The notes below the pieces were generated by a model, which was not told where the DNA came from, searched no databases, and worked only from the letters and a program-made list of their open reading frames with translations. A program made the translations under genes and the position numbers. From an uncultured Chloroflexia bacterium (GTDB taxonomy: Bacteria; Chloroflexota; Limnocylindria; Limnocylindrales; CSP1-4), in assembly GCA_963819655.1 (NCBI GenBank), contig CAWFXA010000002.1:928001-992000 (forward strand): 64,000 nt of DNA. Reading direction: 5' to 3'. The number at the start of each line of letters is the position of its first letter. The first letter of the stretch is position 1. This document shows, piece by piece, positions 9,105 to 18,621 of this stretch.

Positions 9105-9698
9105 ATGGCTGGATCGCATACGAGGGGACCGCGATCGGTCGCTGCGCTCGTCGCCGCGGCTGTGCTTGTCGCCGCGTGCGGGGGCGCCACACCGAGCGCC
9201 GCGCCCTCCGCCGTCGCTGCGCCGCTCGCGACACCGAACCCGCACCTCCCGAGCCCGGCCACGGCTCAGCAGGTCTTCAGCGGCCTGGGCAAGGCCGGCC
9301 TGCGCATCACAGCGAACACGGCGTCGCTGGGCGCCGATGGAAGTGACGTCGTCACCAAGATCTACGCCACGTATCTCGGCTGGCCGCTCGACGTCACGCA
9401 GTACCGATCGTCGACCGCCCTGACGCGGATGACCGAATGGCCGGTCGGCGAGGCGCCTGGCAGTGGTGAGCCGCCGATCGCGCTGGCGGGCATGAACATC
9501 CTGATCACGTGGGGGCCGACCGCATCTGGCGCGGTGCCCCAGAAGCCCGACAGCCGTCAGTCGGACGGGCTGCGCGAGCTCGTCACCGCCCTCGACCTGC
9601 TGCTCTCGCCGCTCCGAGCACGCACGAACGTCCCGGTCGCGTACTCCGGACAGGTCGCTACCGCCCCCAGCGCGGCACCATCGGCGCCCGCGCCCTGA
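9105..9698 (+). CDS. putative lipoprotein
   Basis: Signal peptide with lipobox LVAAC, followed by an Ala/Pro/Ser linker. Confidence 0.7.
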   Translation: MAGSHTRGPRSVAALVAAAVLVAACGGATPSAAPSAVAAPLATPNPHLPSPATAQQVFSGLGKAGLRITANTASLGADGSDVVTKIYATYLGWPLDVTQYRSSTALTRMTEWPVGEAPGSGEPPIALAGMNILITWGPTASGAVPQKPDSRQSDGLRELVTALDLLLSPLRARTNVPVAYSGQVATAPSAAPSAPAP

Positions 9699-9754
9699 CC
9701 GTCGCCCCGAAAACGCAGGGTCACGACGGGGCCTGAAGGCCGTACCCTGTCCGT

Positions 9755-10255
9755 ATGACGGACGTCCTCCGGCCGCGAGCCCGTGCCGCGTCGAATCGCT
9801 CGGGCGAGGAGGTCTCGGACCTCGACAAGCGGATCATCGAGCACCTGCAGGCCGACGGTCGTCGGCCCTTCACGCAGATCGCCGCCGAGCTCGGCGTGAG
9901 CGAGGCAGCGGTGCGCGCTCGTACCAATCGACTGATCGAACGCGGCATCCTGCAGGTCGTCGGCGTCACCGATCCGTTGAAGCTCGGCTTCCACCAGATG
10001 GCGATGATCGGGATCCGCTGCGAGAGCGACAGGCTCGTGTCCGTGGCGGAGCAGGTCGCCGATATGCCCGAGGTCGACTACGTCGTGATCACCGCCGGCA
10101 CGTACGATCTGCTGATCGAGACCGTGTGCGAGGACAACGAGGCTCTGCTGCGCTTCCTGACCGAGAAGCTGCGCGCGATCGACGGCGTGCGCGAGACCGA
10201 AACGTTCGTCTATCTCCGCATGGTCAAACAAACGTACCAGTGGGGGACCCGCTAG
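9755..10255 (+). CDS. Lrp/AsnC-family regulator
   Basis: LDKRIIEHLQADGRRPFTQIAAELGVSEAAVRAR HTH; AGTYDL; GVRETET. Confidence 0.93.
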   Translation: MTDVLRPRARAASNRSGEEVSDLDKRIIEHLQADGRRPFTQIAAELGVSEAAVRARTNRLIERGILQVVGVTDPLKLGFHQMAMIGIRCESDRLVSVAEQVADMPEVDYVVITAGTYDLLIETVCEDNEALLRFLTEKLRAIDGVRETETFVYLRMVKQTYQWGTR

Positions 10256-10340
10256 AAGGCTGGCGCCTCCGCGCACCGTCCGTTGCCCGTCGCACGGACG
10301 CACCGGCCGATTCGGCCATGCCCGCGGCTAAGATGACCAC

Positions 10341-11606
10341 GTGGAGCTTGAGCCGATCCTCGCCCTGATCGTCGTTGCCGTGATCGCGAACCTTGTGGTC
10401 ATGGGTGCCCTCATCGCATCGCCGGTGGTCGGCCGTGTGCGGTCGAGGGGTACGGTCGACGATCGGATCGATGTCCGGGCGGAGCGGGCGATGGCGGCCG
10501 CGGCGGTCGTCGGGCACGCGGACGACGAGCGGACCGAGGACGGGGTCCCGACCCGGGCGTACGACCGCGTCGTGCGCATCGCCTCGTGGGTCTTCCTGCT
10601 CGCCGCGACGACCATCGTCGGTGTCACCGGCCTGTGGCCGGACAGCCAGACCGCCATCTTCATCCTGCTCGCGCTCGCCGGCGTGTTCGTGCTGGTCATC
10701 CACGACCTGCTGCCGACGACGGCGCTCGGTCCGGCCAAGTTCGTCGTCGAGGGCTCGGTCGCGATCACGGTCGCGACCATGCTGGTGGCCCTGACCGGTG
10801 GGGCGAAGAGCCCGTTCTTCTTCGTGTACCCGCTGATCGTCGGCGGCGCCGCGCTGGTCGTCAGCCCCGGCATCACCCTCGGGCTGGCGCTGACCGCGGC
10901 CTTGGGCTATGTGCTCGCGGTCATCCTGGGCTCGTCGGCCGCGGTCCTCGCGGAACCGGTCACGACCGCCACGGTCGGGATCAACCTCACGGCGCTGATC
11001 CTCCTGGCCTACATCGCGATGGTCATCGCGCGGGAACAGCGCAGCTCGCGCGACGCAGCGATCCGCCTGTCGACGATCGATCCGCTGACATCGCTGTTCA
11101 ATCGCGGCTTCTTCTTCGCCGCGCTGGAGCGCGAGATCGCCCGCAGCGCCCGGTCGGGTCGCGGGTTCTGCCTGCTGATGATGGACCTCGACGAGCTCAA
11201 GGCGATCAACGACCGCCTCGGCCATTTCCACGGCGATCGCGTGCTCAGCGCGGTCGGCCAGGTCGTGAACGACGGCGTCCGCCGGATCGACACGGCCGCA
11301 CGGTACGGCGGCGATGAGTTCGTCGTGCTGCTGCCGGAGACCGACCCGACCGGTGCGTTCGTCCTCGCCGAGAAGATCCGGATCGGGGTCAACGAGCTGG
11401 CCCTCGACCTGCCCGACGACGCGATCCGGCCGTCGATGTCGGTGGGTGTCGTGTCCTTCCCGGACGACGGCCAGACCGCGGACGAGCTGATGATCAGCGC
11501 CGACCGCGCGATGTACACGAGCAAGCGCGCGGGCAAGAACCGGGTCACGGGGGTGAGCATCCCGACGCCCGCCGACAGTCGGAAGGGCGTGGCCTCGAAG
11601 GCCTAG
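10341..11606 (+). CDS. membrane-bound diguanylate cyclase
   Basis: Several TM helices, DPLTSLFNR, KAIND..GH..GD, an RRID I-site five residues before an intact GGDEF, and SKRAGKNR. Confidence 0.93.
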   Translation: MELEPILALIVVAVIANLVVMGALIASPVVGRVRSRGTVDDRIDVRAERAMAAAAVVGHADDERTEDGVPTRAYDRVVRIASWVFLLAATTIVGVTGLWPDSQTAIFILLALAGVFVLVIHDLLPTTALGPAKFVVEGSVAITVATMLVALTGGAKSPFFFVYPLIVGGAALVVSPGITLGLALTAALGYVLAVILGSSAAVLAEPVTTATVGINLTALILLAYIAMVIAREQRSSRDAAIRLSTIDPLTSLFNRGFFFAALEREIARSARSGRGFCLLMMDLDELKAINDRLGHFHGDRVLSAVGQVVNDGVRRIDTAARYGGDEFVVLLPETDPTGAFVLAEKIRIGVNELALDLPDDAIRPSMSVGVVSFPDDGQTADELMISADRAMYTSKRAGKNRVTGVSIPTPADSRKGVASKA

Positions 11607-11619
11607 GGCTCGCTCCGGT

Positions 11620-12456
11620 TCAGGGGCTGGCGGACCACCGGAACGCCATCGACGCCGACAGGGCGCGACCCGGCTCGGCCTTGGGCGGCGCTGATCCCTC
11701 GGCGTCGGCGAGGTTGATGGCATCGGGCGGGGCGGTCTGCGGCTCGACGCAGATGCCCTCTGCGCGCTCGTCGAACACGACCCAGATCTCGGCGGTCGAC
11801 GTCATCTCGAGCTCGAGGACGCCCGGCCAGCGCAGGCGCGGAGGGGCGCGCACACCGGTGAAGGCGTCGTCCCACGGGCGTGGGCCGGGGCGCGATCGCG
11901 CCCCTGTCGGCAGCCCGTCGGCACCCCGGACGTACATCGATGACGCGTCGAAGTCGAGCTCGACGGCCGCGTCGCCGACCCGGCGCCGGAACCACGGATG
12001 CCAGCCGAGCCAGGCGGGCATCGCGTCGTCCGCCTCGAGGGTCAGCGTCGCGACGAGGCCACCCGGCTGCAGCGAGATCTCATGGGTGACCCGGCCGGCG
12101 AACGGCCAGCCGGGACCGAGATCGACCGCCAGCGTCGCCCTGTCCGGGCCGTGTGACAGCACGTGCCACGGGCGGTCGAACACCGTCCCGTGGATCGCGT
12201 GGGGCGGCAGGTTGCGCGTCAGCTGATGGACGCGGCCGGCGAACGTGAAGCTGCCATCGCGGATCCGGCCCGCGAACGGCACCATCGGGTAGCAACCCCA
12301 CCAGATCGGCCCGGCGCCTTCCGTGACCAGTATCTCGTGGCCGGCCACCTTTAACGAGGCGAAGCGCGCTCCGGCGCCGGCGTCGATCGTCAGCGTGTCT
12401 GCGCCGGAGCGCAGGACCAGCGGGGCGTCGCCCACGGCCGATGGCGGCGGCGTCAC
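11620..12456 (-). CDS. aldose 1-epimerase family protein
   Basis: YPMVPFAGRIRDG, HAIHG, GWHPWF, ICVEP. The GTG start overlaps the upstream TGA (GTGA). Confidence 0.88.
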   Translation of the reverse strand: MTPPPSAVGDAPLVLRSGADTLTIDAGAGARFASLKVAGHEILVTEGAGPIWWGCYPMVPFAGRIRDGSFTFAGRVHQLTRNLPPHAIHGTVFDRPWHVLSHGPDRATLAVDLGPGWPFAGRVTHEISLQPGGLVATLTLEADDAMPAWLGWHPWFRRRVGDAAVELDFDASSMYVRGADGLPTGARSRPGPRPWDDAFTGVRAPPRLRWPGVLELEMTSTAEIWVVFDERAEGICVEPQTAPPDAINLADAEGSAPPKAEPGRALSASMAFRWSASP

Positions 12457-13838
12457 GCGGTCAGCGTCATGACCCGGTCGGGCCGCAGCAGGAACGGCGG
12501 GAGATAGGCCGGGATGTTGGAGAACGGCAGCACGTCCGGGTGCAGCTCGATGCCCAGGGCGTCGGCCATGAACCGCCGTCGCGCCCCGATCCGGGCCCAC
12601 GCTTCCGGATAACCGCTCGCGAATGCGGCGCGGAGCGACGGGTCGGCGAGGGCGATACCGTCCTCGATGTTCGAGGTGAAATACGGCGACCCAGTCGCTG
12701 GGATGATGTCCACCTGGAACGCCATGCCCGAGCGCAGCTCGATCGACGAGCCCCGGCGGATCGGCGAGTTCACCCATTCGTCGAGCCCGATCTGGTGGCC
12801 CGGGTTGAGGAAGATGCCGAAGAACGGATCGCCGAGGTGGCGGTCGATGATCGCGTGCAGTGCCCCGCCGGTCTGGCCGATGTGCAGCGCGCGATACCAC
12901 TCGGCGACAGCGGTGAAGTACGGGCCGACCAGCCGCTCGACGTAGTCGCCGATCGCCTCGGGCAGGTCGCTCGCGTCCTCGACGACGAAGCCCGCGCGGC
13001 AGGTGAGCGCGCCCCAGATCCCGAAGGCGACGGTGAACGGGTCCCCGCGCTCGATCGGCCGGTCGCCCGGGCTGAGCAGCCCGAACGCGGCGCGCGGTCC
13101 CGCGCTGAGCATCAGATGGCACGACAACGGAGAGCCATCCCAACCGAGCAACGCGACCGCGTCGCGTTCGCGCATGCCCGGGCGCAAACCGGTCAGCACG
13201 GAACGGACCCCGCTCGATGTCGTGCACGCGGCGGCCTCCATCGCCGCCAGCTGCTCGACCTCGTTGATGACCCGCAGGCCGTCGCTCGCGTCGATCATCA
13301 GGTCGACCGCGTTCTCGACCGTGCCGCGAGGCCCCGTCAGCGAGCGGAGCTCGTCGGCGAAGACGGACGGCACGTCGAGCATCGAGGTGTCCGTGTACGG
13401 TTTCCAGCCGACGACGCCGACACGCGCACCGTCGGTGACACCTTCGCCCGCGAGGATGTCCGACAGGGGCCGCGAGCGGTCCCGCGGCTGACCGGGCAGG
13501 CTCAGGTCCTGGTACAGCTCGCGACGCATCGGGAGGGGCGCCGCGCCTGCCATCCCGAAGCACTCGTTGCCGACCAGGATCGCGGGCTCGGTGGCGTCGC
13601 CGACCACGAGGATCGCCTCCTCGAACCGCGGATCGAACCCGGTCAGATACGCCAGGTTCGCGCTGTGCTCGCGGTCCGCGTACACGACGATGCGGTCGTA
13701 GCCGCGCTGTTCCATCCGCTCGCGCAGCCGCGCCATGCGCTGGCCGTAGACGGACGCCGGGACCTCGGGCGTGATCGACGAACGGCCGAAATCCGGCAGC
13801 GCGACCTCGGCGAGACGGGCGTGGGGTGCGGTCGTCAT
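12453..13838 (-). CDS. M24/creatinase-like (pita-bread fold) protein
   Basis: YADREHSANLAYLTGFDPRFEEA, LNPGHQIGLDEW, QVDIIP, NIEDG. Confidence 0.8.
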   Translation of the reverse strand: MTTAPHARLAEVALPDFGRSSITPEVPASVYGQRMARLRERMEQRGYDRIVVYADREHSANLAYLTGFDPRFEEAILVVGDATEPAILVGNECFGMAGAAPLPMRRELYQDLSLPGQPRDRSRPLSDILAGEGVTDGARVGVVGWKPYTDTSMLDVPSVFADELRSLTGPRGTVENAVDLMIDASDGLRVINEVEQLAAMEAAACTTSSGVRSVLTGLRPGMRERDAVALLGWDGSPLSCHLMLSAGPRAAFGLLSPGDRPIERGDPFTVAFGIWGALTCRAGFVVEDASDLPEAIGDYVERLVGPYFTAVAEWYRALHIGQTGGALHAIIDRHLGDPFFGIFLNPGHQIGLDEWVNSPIRRGSSIELRSGMAFQVDIIPATGSPYFTSNIEDGIALADPSLRAAFASGYPEAWARIGARRRFMADALGIELHPDVLPFSNIPAYLPPFLLRPDRVMTLTA

Positions 13839-13852
13839 GGGGCCACTATCGC

Positions 13853-15544
13853 CTACGGGCTCACCGGCTGGGCGGCCGTCGCGCCTCGCTCGATGCGTAC
13901 GACCCGGTCCGCGTCCACCGCCATCCACGGGCCGATCTCGCCGCCCGGCCAGGTGACGCGGACCTCCGCGCGCGCGGCGGCGCCCAGGCCGAAGTGGATC
14001 GGGACCAGCTGCCCGCTGGCGTGCCCGCCACCGACCGTGACCTCGCGCTCGCGCTGTGTCGCGCCGGTGCGGACCGTGATCCACGAGCCGATGGCATCGC
14101 GATTCGGCCCGTCCTGCTGGAGGTCGAGGGCGATCCAGTGGCCCATCGGCCGTGCCGTTTGCCGGTCGCCCGACCCAGCGTTCCGCCACAGCTTGACGTT
14201 CTCGCGCCGGGCGACCTGGACCATGTCCAGCAGCCCGTCCCCGTTCAGGTCTACGAGCGCCGCCCCGCGGATCTGGGCATAGCCGACCATCCCCGCGGCC
14301 GGCGCGCCTTCGACGAAAGTGCCGTCGGCCTGGCCGATCAACAGGTTGCTGGGGTCCTTCGCGGCGTACTCGGTCTGGGTGTCGACGTTGCCCTTGCTGA
14401 CATACAGGTCGGTGAACCCGTCGTTGTTGACATCCTCGAACGCCGGGTGCCAGGCCGTGGACGCCAGCGGATCACTGCCGGCATAGGGTCTGTGGGCGGT
14501 CACCCCGCGCCGCAGCGCGATGTCCTCGTAGCGCGGCTGGGTCGGGCCGTCTGCCAGGGTCTGCAGCTTGTTGTCGGCCTGGCTGGTCAGGTAGACCTCC
14601 GGGTACGCGTCACCGGTGAGGTCCTCGCTGGCGATGCCCATGCCCCAGATCCGCAGCAGGGCCCAGCCCTCGTCGCGCGTGTAGAGTCGCGGCGCCTGGC
14701 CGGGCTCGATCCGCCACAGCTGTTCCTCGCCGTCCCGGTAGTAGTGGCGGTCGTTGGACACCCGAAGATCGCGCCGGCCCGACCGGTCCCAGTCGCTGAA
14801 GAGCATCGAGAGCGTGCACCAGCTCGGCGTCAACGCGACGGGTTCGGCGTACGTCATACCCGATGCCTCGGGTCGGACGAGCCGATCGTCCGCGCATGCG
14901 CTCGCCGGCTCCCGCTGGTCATCGAGCGCGAGGTAGTCGCCGAAGGCCAGCGTCGGCAGCGCCGCCGCCGGCGACTCCCATGTCGCACTGAACCCGACGG
15001 TCCAGCCGCTTCCCCCATCGAAGGCGAGCGGCTCGTTCGCCCGCTCGAACCGGCAGTCGCCGAGGCCGCGCAAGATCACGTCCTCGCCGAGTCGGAGCAC
15101 GGCCAGATCGATGTGACCGTCCCCGTCGATGTCGATCGGATACGCCCCTGTCACCGATGCCAGGTTCGTCGAGGGATCCCCGGCCTCGTCGAATCGCAGC
15201 GGGCCGCCGACCTCGCTCCGGTTGCGGTACAGCGCCGCGTTGCCCTCCCCGCCCGCCAGGTACAGATCCGTCCGCGCGTCGTCGTCGCAGTCGAACGCAG
15301 CGACGCCGCCGCCGACGACGTACGGGTAATCTCCGGCATAGATGTGCTCGATCCCGGCCTCGGCCGCCTCCTCGATGAGGCGGGGCGGGTCGAGCGCGAC
15401 AGGCGGCCCCGATGAGACCGAGTCCGCCGGTGACAAGGCCCGGACGACGAGCAGACCCCCGGCCACGACGGCGACCACGGTCAGCGCGATCACGGCCAGC
15501 CTAGCGCCGTGGGAAACGTCTCGAGCGCGGGTGGTGGTCGACAC
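13853..15544 (-). CDS. CRTAC1/ASPIC-UnbV FG-GAP repeat protein
   Basis: N-terminal TM segment; repeats DCDDDARTDLY, DIDGDGHIDL, DLTGDAYPEVY, DVNNDGFTDLY, DLNGDGLLD; C-terminal NRDAIG...GGGHASG...HFGLG...VTWP. Start approximate. Confidence 0.88.
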   Translation of the reverse strand: MSTTTRARDVSHGARLAVIALTVVAVVAGGLLVVRALSPADSVSSGPPVALDPPRLIEEAAEAGIEHIYAGDYPYVVGGGVAAFDCDDDARTDLYLAGGEGNAALYRNRSEVGGPLRFDEAGDPSTNLASVTGAYPIDIDGDGHIDLAVLRLGEDVILRGLGDCRFERANEPLAFDGGSGWTVGFSATWESPAAALPTLAFGDYLALDDQREPASACADDRLVRPEASGMTYAEPVALTPSWCTLSMLFSDWDRSGRRDLRVSNDRHYYRDGEEQLWRIEPGQAPRLYTRDEGWALLRIWGMGIASEDLTGDAYPEVYLTSQADNKLQTLADGPTQPRYEDIALRRGVTAHRPYAGSDPLASTAWHPAFEDVNNDGFTDLYVSKGNVDTQTEYAAKDPSNLLIGQADGTFVEGAPAAGMVGYAQIRGAALVDLNGDGLLDMVQVARRENVKLWRNAGSGDRQTARPMGHWIALDLQQDGPNRDAIGSWITVRTGATQREREVTVGGGHASGQLVPIHFGLGAAARAEVRVTWPGGEIGPWMAVDADRVVRIERGATAAQPVSP

Positions 15545-15684
15545 GGGCCGTGGCACCTCCCGGATGCGTCCCTGGCTGACCGACCGCGGTATTAGAGCAC
15601 AGGGATGACAAACCCCCTTGACCGCACCGTGGCGGCTCGCCATCCTCGTGCCTCCGTGGGGGACCGAACGGAGGGGTTCGTGCG

Positions 15685-17553
15685 ATGAAGCGGTTGCGTC
15701 TGGGAACCGTGGCAGCAGTCTCGGCGCTCGCGCTCGTGGCTGGGCTGCTTGGCGGGTGCGGTGACGCGAGGCCACCGTTCGTGGCGGAGGCCTGCACCCG
15801 TGGCGACCTAGCGGGCAGATCCGTCGCTCGCGTCTGGGATGACCAGACGCTCGAGCTCATCCGGGGGGTAGTCCCCGCACCGACCGTGCATGCGCGCAAT
15901 CTGTTCCACGTCTCGGCCGCGATGTGGGACGCCTGGGCCGCCTATGACGAGACCGCGGACGGGCTGTTCGTGACCGAGAAGCTGCGGGCCGACCAGCCCG
16001 ACGCCGCCCGCGAGATCGCGATGAGCTACGCGGCCTACCGCATCCTGCTGTGGCGCTACGGCACGGTGTCCGATCTACCTGCCGCGACCGAGCAGCTGAC
16101 TGCCACGATGGACAGCCTGTGCTATCGGACCGACTACACCTCGATCGACGGCGACAACCCGGCCCAGCTCGGGAATCGAATCGCCGCGGCGGTGATCGAA
16201 TTCGGCCGCCAGGATGGCGCGCACGAGGAGGAGCGGTACGCGGACCCGACCTACGCGCCGAAGAACGAGCCACTGGTGGTCACCGAGCCCGGCACCGTCA
16301 TGACCGATCCGAACCACTGGCAGCCACTGGCGCTGGACAAGCAGATCTCCCAGAACGGGCTGCCGATCCCGGGCAAGGTCCAGACGTTCATCGGGCCGTA
16401 CTGGGGTCACGTGACGTCGTTCGCGCTGCCGCCCTCCGACGCAGGGACCCCGATCGACCCGGGGCCGCCGCCGCTGCTGGGAGACGCCGCCACGGACCAG
16501 GCATTCAAGGACGAGGCGGTCGACGTCATCCGACGCAGCCACCTGCTGGACGCAACCAATGGCGTGACGATCGACATCAGTCCTGGTGTCTTCGGGGATA
16601 ACACGCTTGGCACCAACGACGGGAACGGCCACGACGTCAACCCGGCCACCGGGCAGCCGTACGAGCCGCACGCTGTCCTGCAGGCCGATTTCGCCCGGGC
16701 CCTCGCCGAGTACTGGGCGGACGGGCCGAAGTCCGAGACGCCACCCGGGCACTGGAATGTGCTCGCCAACGAGGTCTCGGACAGTCCGGGCTTCGCGTTC
16801 CGTATCGACGGTGAGGGTGAGCCGGTGGATCGCCTCGAATGGGACGTCAAGCTGTACCTGGCACTGAACGGCGCGGTCCATGACGCGGCGATCGCGACGT
16901 GGGGCGTGAAGGGCTTCTACGACTCCTCCCGCCCGATCTCGCAGATCCGCTTCATGGGCGGCAAGGGTCAGTCGAGCGACCCCGCCGGACCGGCGTACGA
17001 CACCCAGGGACTGCCGCTCGTGCCCGGCCTCATCGAGGTCATCAGTCCGGAGTCCAGCGCAGCCGGGCAGCGGCACGCCGGCTTGTCCGGCCACGTCGGC
17101 GAGATCGCCATCAACGCCTGGCGCGGGTTCCCGGAGGACCCGAAGACCCAGACGAGCGGGGTCGGCTGGATCCGGGCTGTCGATTGGGTGCCGTACCAGC
17201 GGAGCACGTTCGTGACCCCCGCGTTCGCAGGCTATCCGTCGGGCCACAGCACGTTCAGCAGGGCCGCAGCCGAGGTCCTCACGGCGTTCACCGGCGACGC
17301 CTACTTCCCAGGCGGGATCACGAGCTTCACGGTCAAGAAGGGCGACCTGCTGCATGAGGAAGGACCGACCCAGGACACGACGATCCAGTGGGCGACCTAC
17401 TTCGACGCGGCGGACCAGGCCGGGATCTCGCGGCTCTTCATGGGTATCCACGTGCCCAGCGACGACGTCGAAGGGCGCAAGATCGGGTCGACCTGCGGCA
17501 AGGACGCGATGGCCCTCGCATTGCGCTACTTCAACGGGACAGCGACTCCCTGA
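15685..17553 (+). CDS. vanadium-dependent haloperoxidase / PAP2-superfamily lipoprotein
   Basis: Lipobox LLGGC. Vanadate-binding motifs KGFYDSSRP, PAFAGYPSGHSTF, SRLFMGIH. Confidence 0.85.
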   Translation: MKRLRLGTVAAVSALALVAGLLGGCGDARPPFVAEACTRGDLAGRSVARVWDDQTLELIRGVVPAPTVHARNLFHVSAAMWDAWAAYDETADGLFVTEKLRADQPDAAREIAMSYAAYRILLWRYGTVSDLPAATEQLTATMDSLCYRTDYTSIDGDNPAQLGNRIAAAVIEFGRQDGAHEEERYADPTYAPKNEPLVVTEPGTVMTDPNHWQPLALDKQISQNGLPIPGKVQTFIGPYWGHVTSFALPPSDAGTPIDPGPPPLLGDAATDQAFKDEAVDVIRRSHLLDATNGVTIDISPGVFGDNTLGTNDGNGHDVNPATGQPYEPHAVLQADFARALAEYWADGPKSETPPGHWNVLANEVSDSPGFAFRIDGEGEPVDRLEWDVKLYLALNGAVHDAAIATWGVKGFYDSSRPISQIRFMGGKGQSSDPAGPAYDTQGLPLVPGLIEVISPESSAAGQRHAGLSGHVGEIAINAWRGFPEDPKTQTSGVGWIRAVDWVPYQRSTFVTPAFAGYPSGHSTFSRAAAEVLTAFTGDAYFPGGITSFTVKKGDLLHEEGPTQDTTIQWATYFDAADQAGISRLFMGIHVPSDDVEGRKIGSTCGKDAMALALRYFNGTATP

Positions 17554-18536
17554 TCCGCGGCCGCGAAGATCGCCTCGATCACCCGCAGATTCGCCACCGC
17601 ATCCGCGGGAGGCACGGGCGTCGGCAGGTCATCGAGGATCGCGGCCGCGAAGATCTCGGCCTCGACCGTGTATGGGTCGGCGGTCGGGAACTCGAGCACC
17701 TCCGTCGCCGGCGCGACCGGCGGGTCGCCGCCGGCCGTGAGGGAGATGCGCGTCGGACGGTCCGGCGGGATATTGAACGGGATGTCGATCGAGATCCGTC
17801 CATCCGTCCCGTAGATGTCGACCCGCTGGTCGGTCTCGGTCCGCGTCGAACACGTGAAGCTGGCGACGCCTGCGTCGAAGTCGAGGATCGCGCTCGTATG
17901 CACGTCGACGCCACTCACAGGGTCGCGCCGCATCGCAGCGGCGATCCGCGTCGGTTCACCGTTGAACAGCATCCGCGACAGGTTGACCGCGTAGCAACCG
18001 ATGTCGAACAGGGCACCACCGCCGAAGGCGCGGATGTTGCGGATGTTCGCCGCGTCGTCGTTGAAGTACGAGAACCATGTCTGGACCGCGGACAGCCGTC
18101 CGATCCGCCCCGCCTCGACCAGCCCGCGTGCGGCGACCCACGACGGATGGTGGCGATACATGAACGCCTCCATCAGGTGGACGCCGGCTGCGCCGGCCGC
18201 CTCGATCATCCGTTCCGCATCGGCTGCGGTCATCGCGAGCGGCTTCTCGCAGAGGACGTGCTTGCCCGCCCCGACCGCGGCGATCGTCCATTCGGCGTGC
18301 AGGTGGTTCGGCAGCGGGATGTAGACCGCATCGACCTCGGGGTCGCCGAGGAGCGCCTCGTAGGATCCGTGGGCCCTGGAGATCCCGAATTGCGCGGCAG
18401 CACCGCGGGCGAGCTCGGCGTCCCGCGAGGCGATAGCGACGATCTCGCACCGGTCGGCTTTCATGAACCCTGGGATCACTTTCCCGGTCGCGATCTTCGC
18501 GGTGGACAGGATCCCCCAGCGCAATGCGCGCGACAT
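17526..18536 (-). CDS. Gfo/Idh/MocA oxidoreductase (xylose-dehydrogenase-like)
   Basis: RWGILSTAKIA, DAVYIPLPNHLH, GKHVLCEKP, MEAFMYRHHP, GGGALFDIGCY. Confidence 0.92.
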   Translation of the reverse strand: MSRALRWGILSTAKIATGKVIPGFMKADRCEIVAIASRDAELARGAAAQFGISRAHGSYEALLGDPEVDAVYIPLPNHLHAEWTIAAVGAGKHVLCEKPLAMTAADAERMIEAAGAAGVHLMEAFMYRHHPSWVAARGLVEAGRIGRLSAVQTWFSYFNDDAANIRNIRAFGGGALFDIGCYAVNLSRMLFNGEPTRIAAAMRRDPVSGVDVHTSAILDFDAGVASFTCSTRTETDQRVDIYGTDGRISIDIPFNIPPDRPTRISLTAGGDPPVAPATEVLEFPTADPYTVEAEIFAAAILDDLPTPVPPADAVANLRVIEAIFAAADQGVAVPLK

Positions 18537-18597
18537 GGCCCCGCTCCCTCGAATCCGTCTTGACATGGCCGCCCGGTTGTACGAGTCTCGCACAGCC

Positions 18598-18621
18598 ATT
18601 TGAGAAAGAGGAACACAAACC
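18598..18621. promoter_or_regulatory. candidate ROK/XylR operator 1
   Basis: ATTTG-agaaagaggaa-CACAAACC, downstream of TTGACA at 18560-18565. Same arms and spacing as the site at 26297-26320. Confidence 0.65.
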
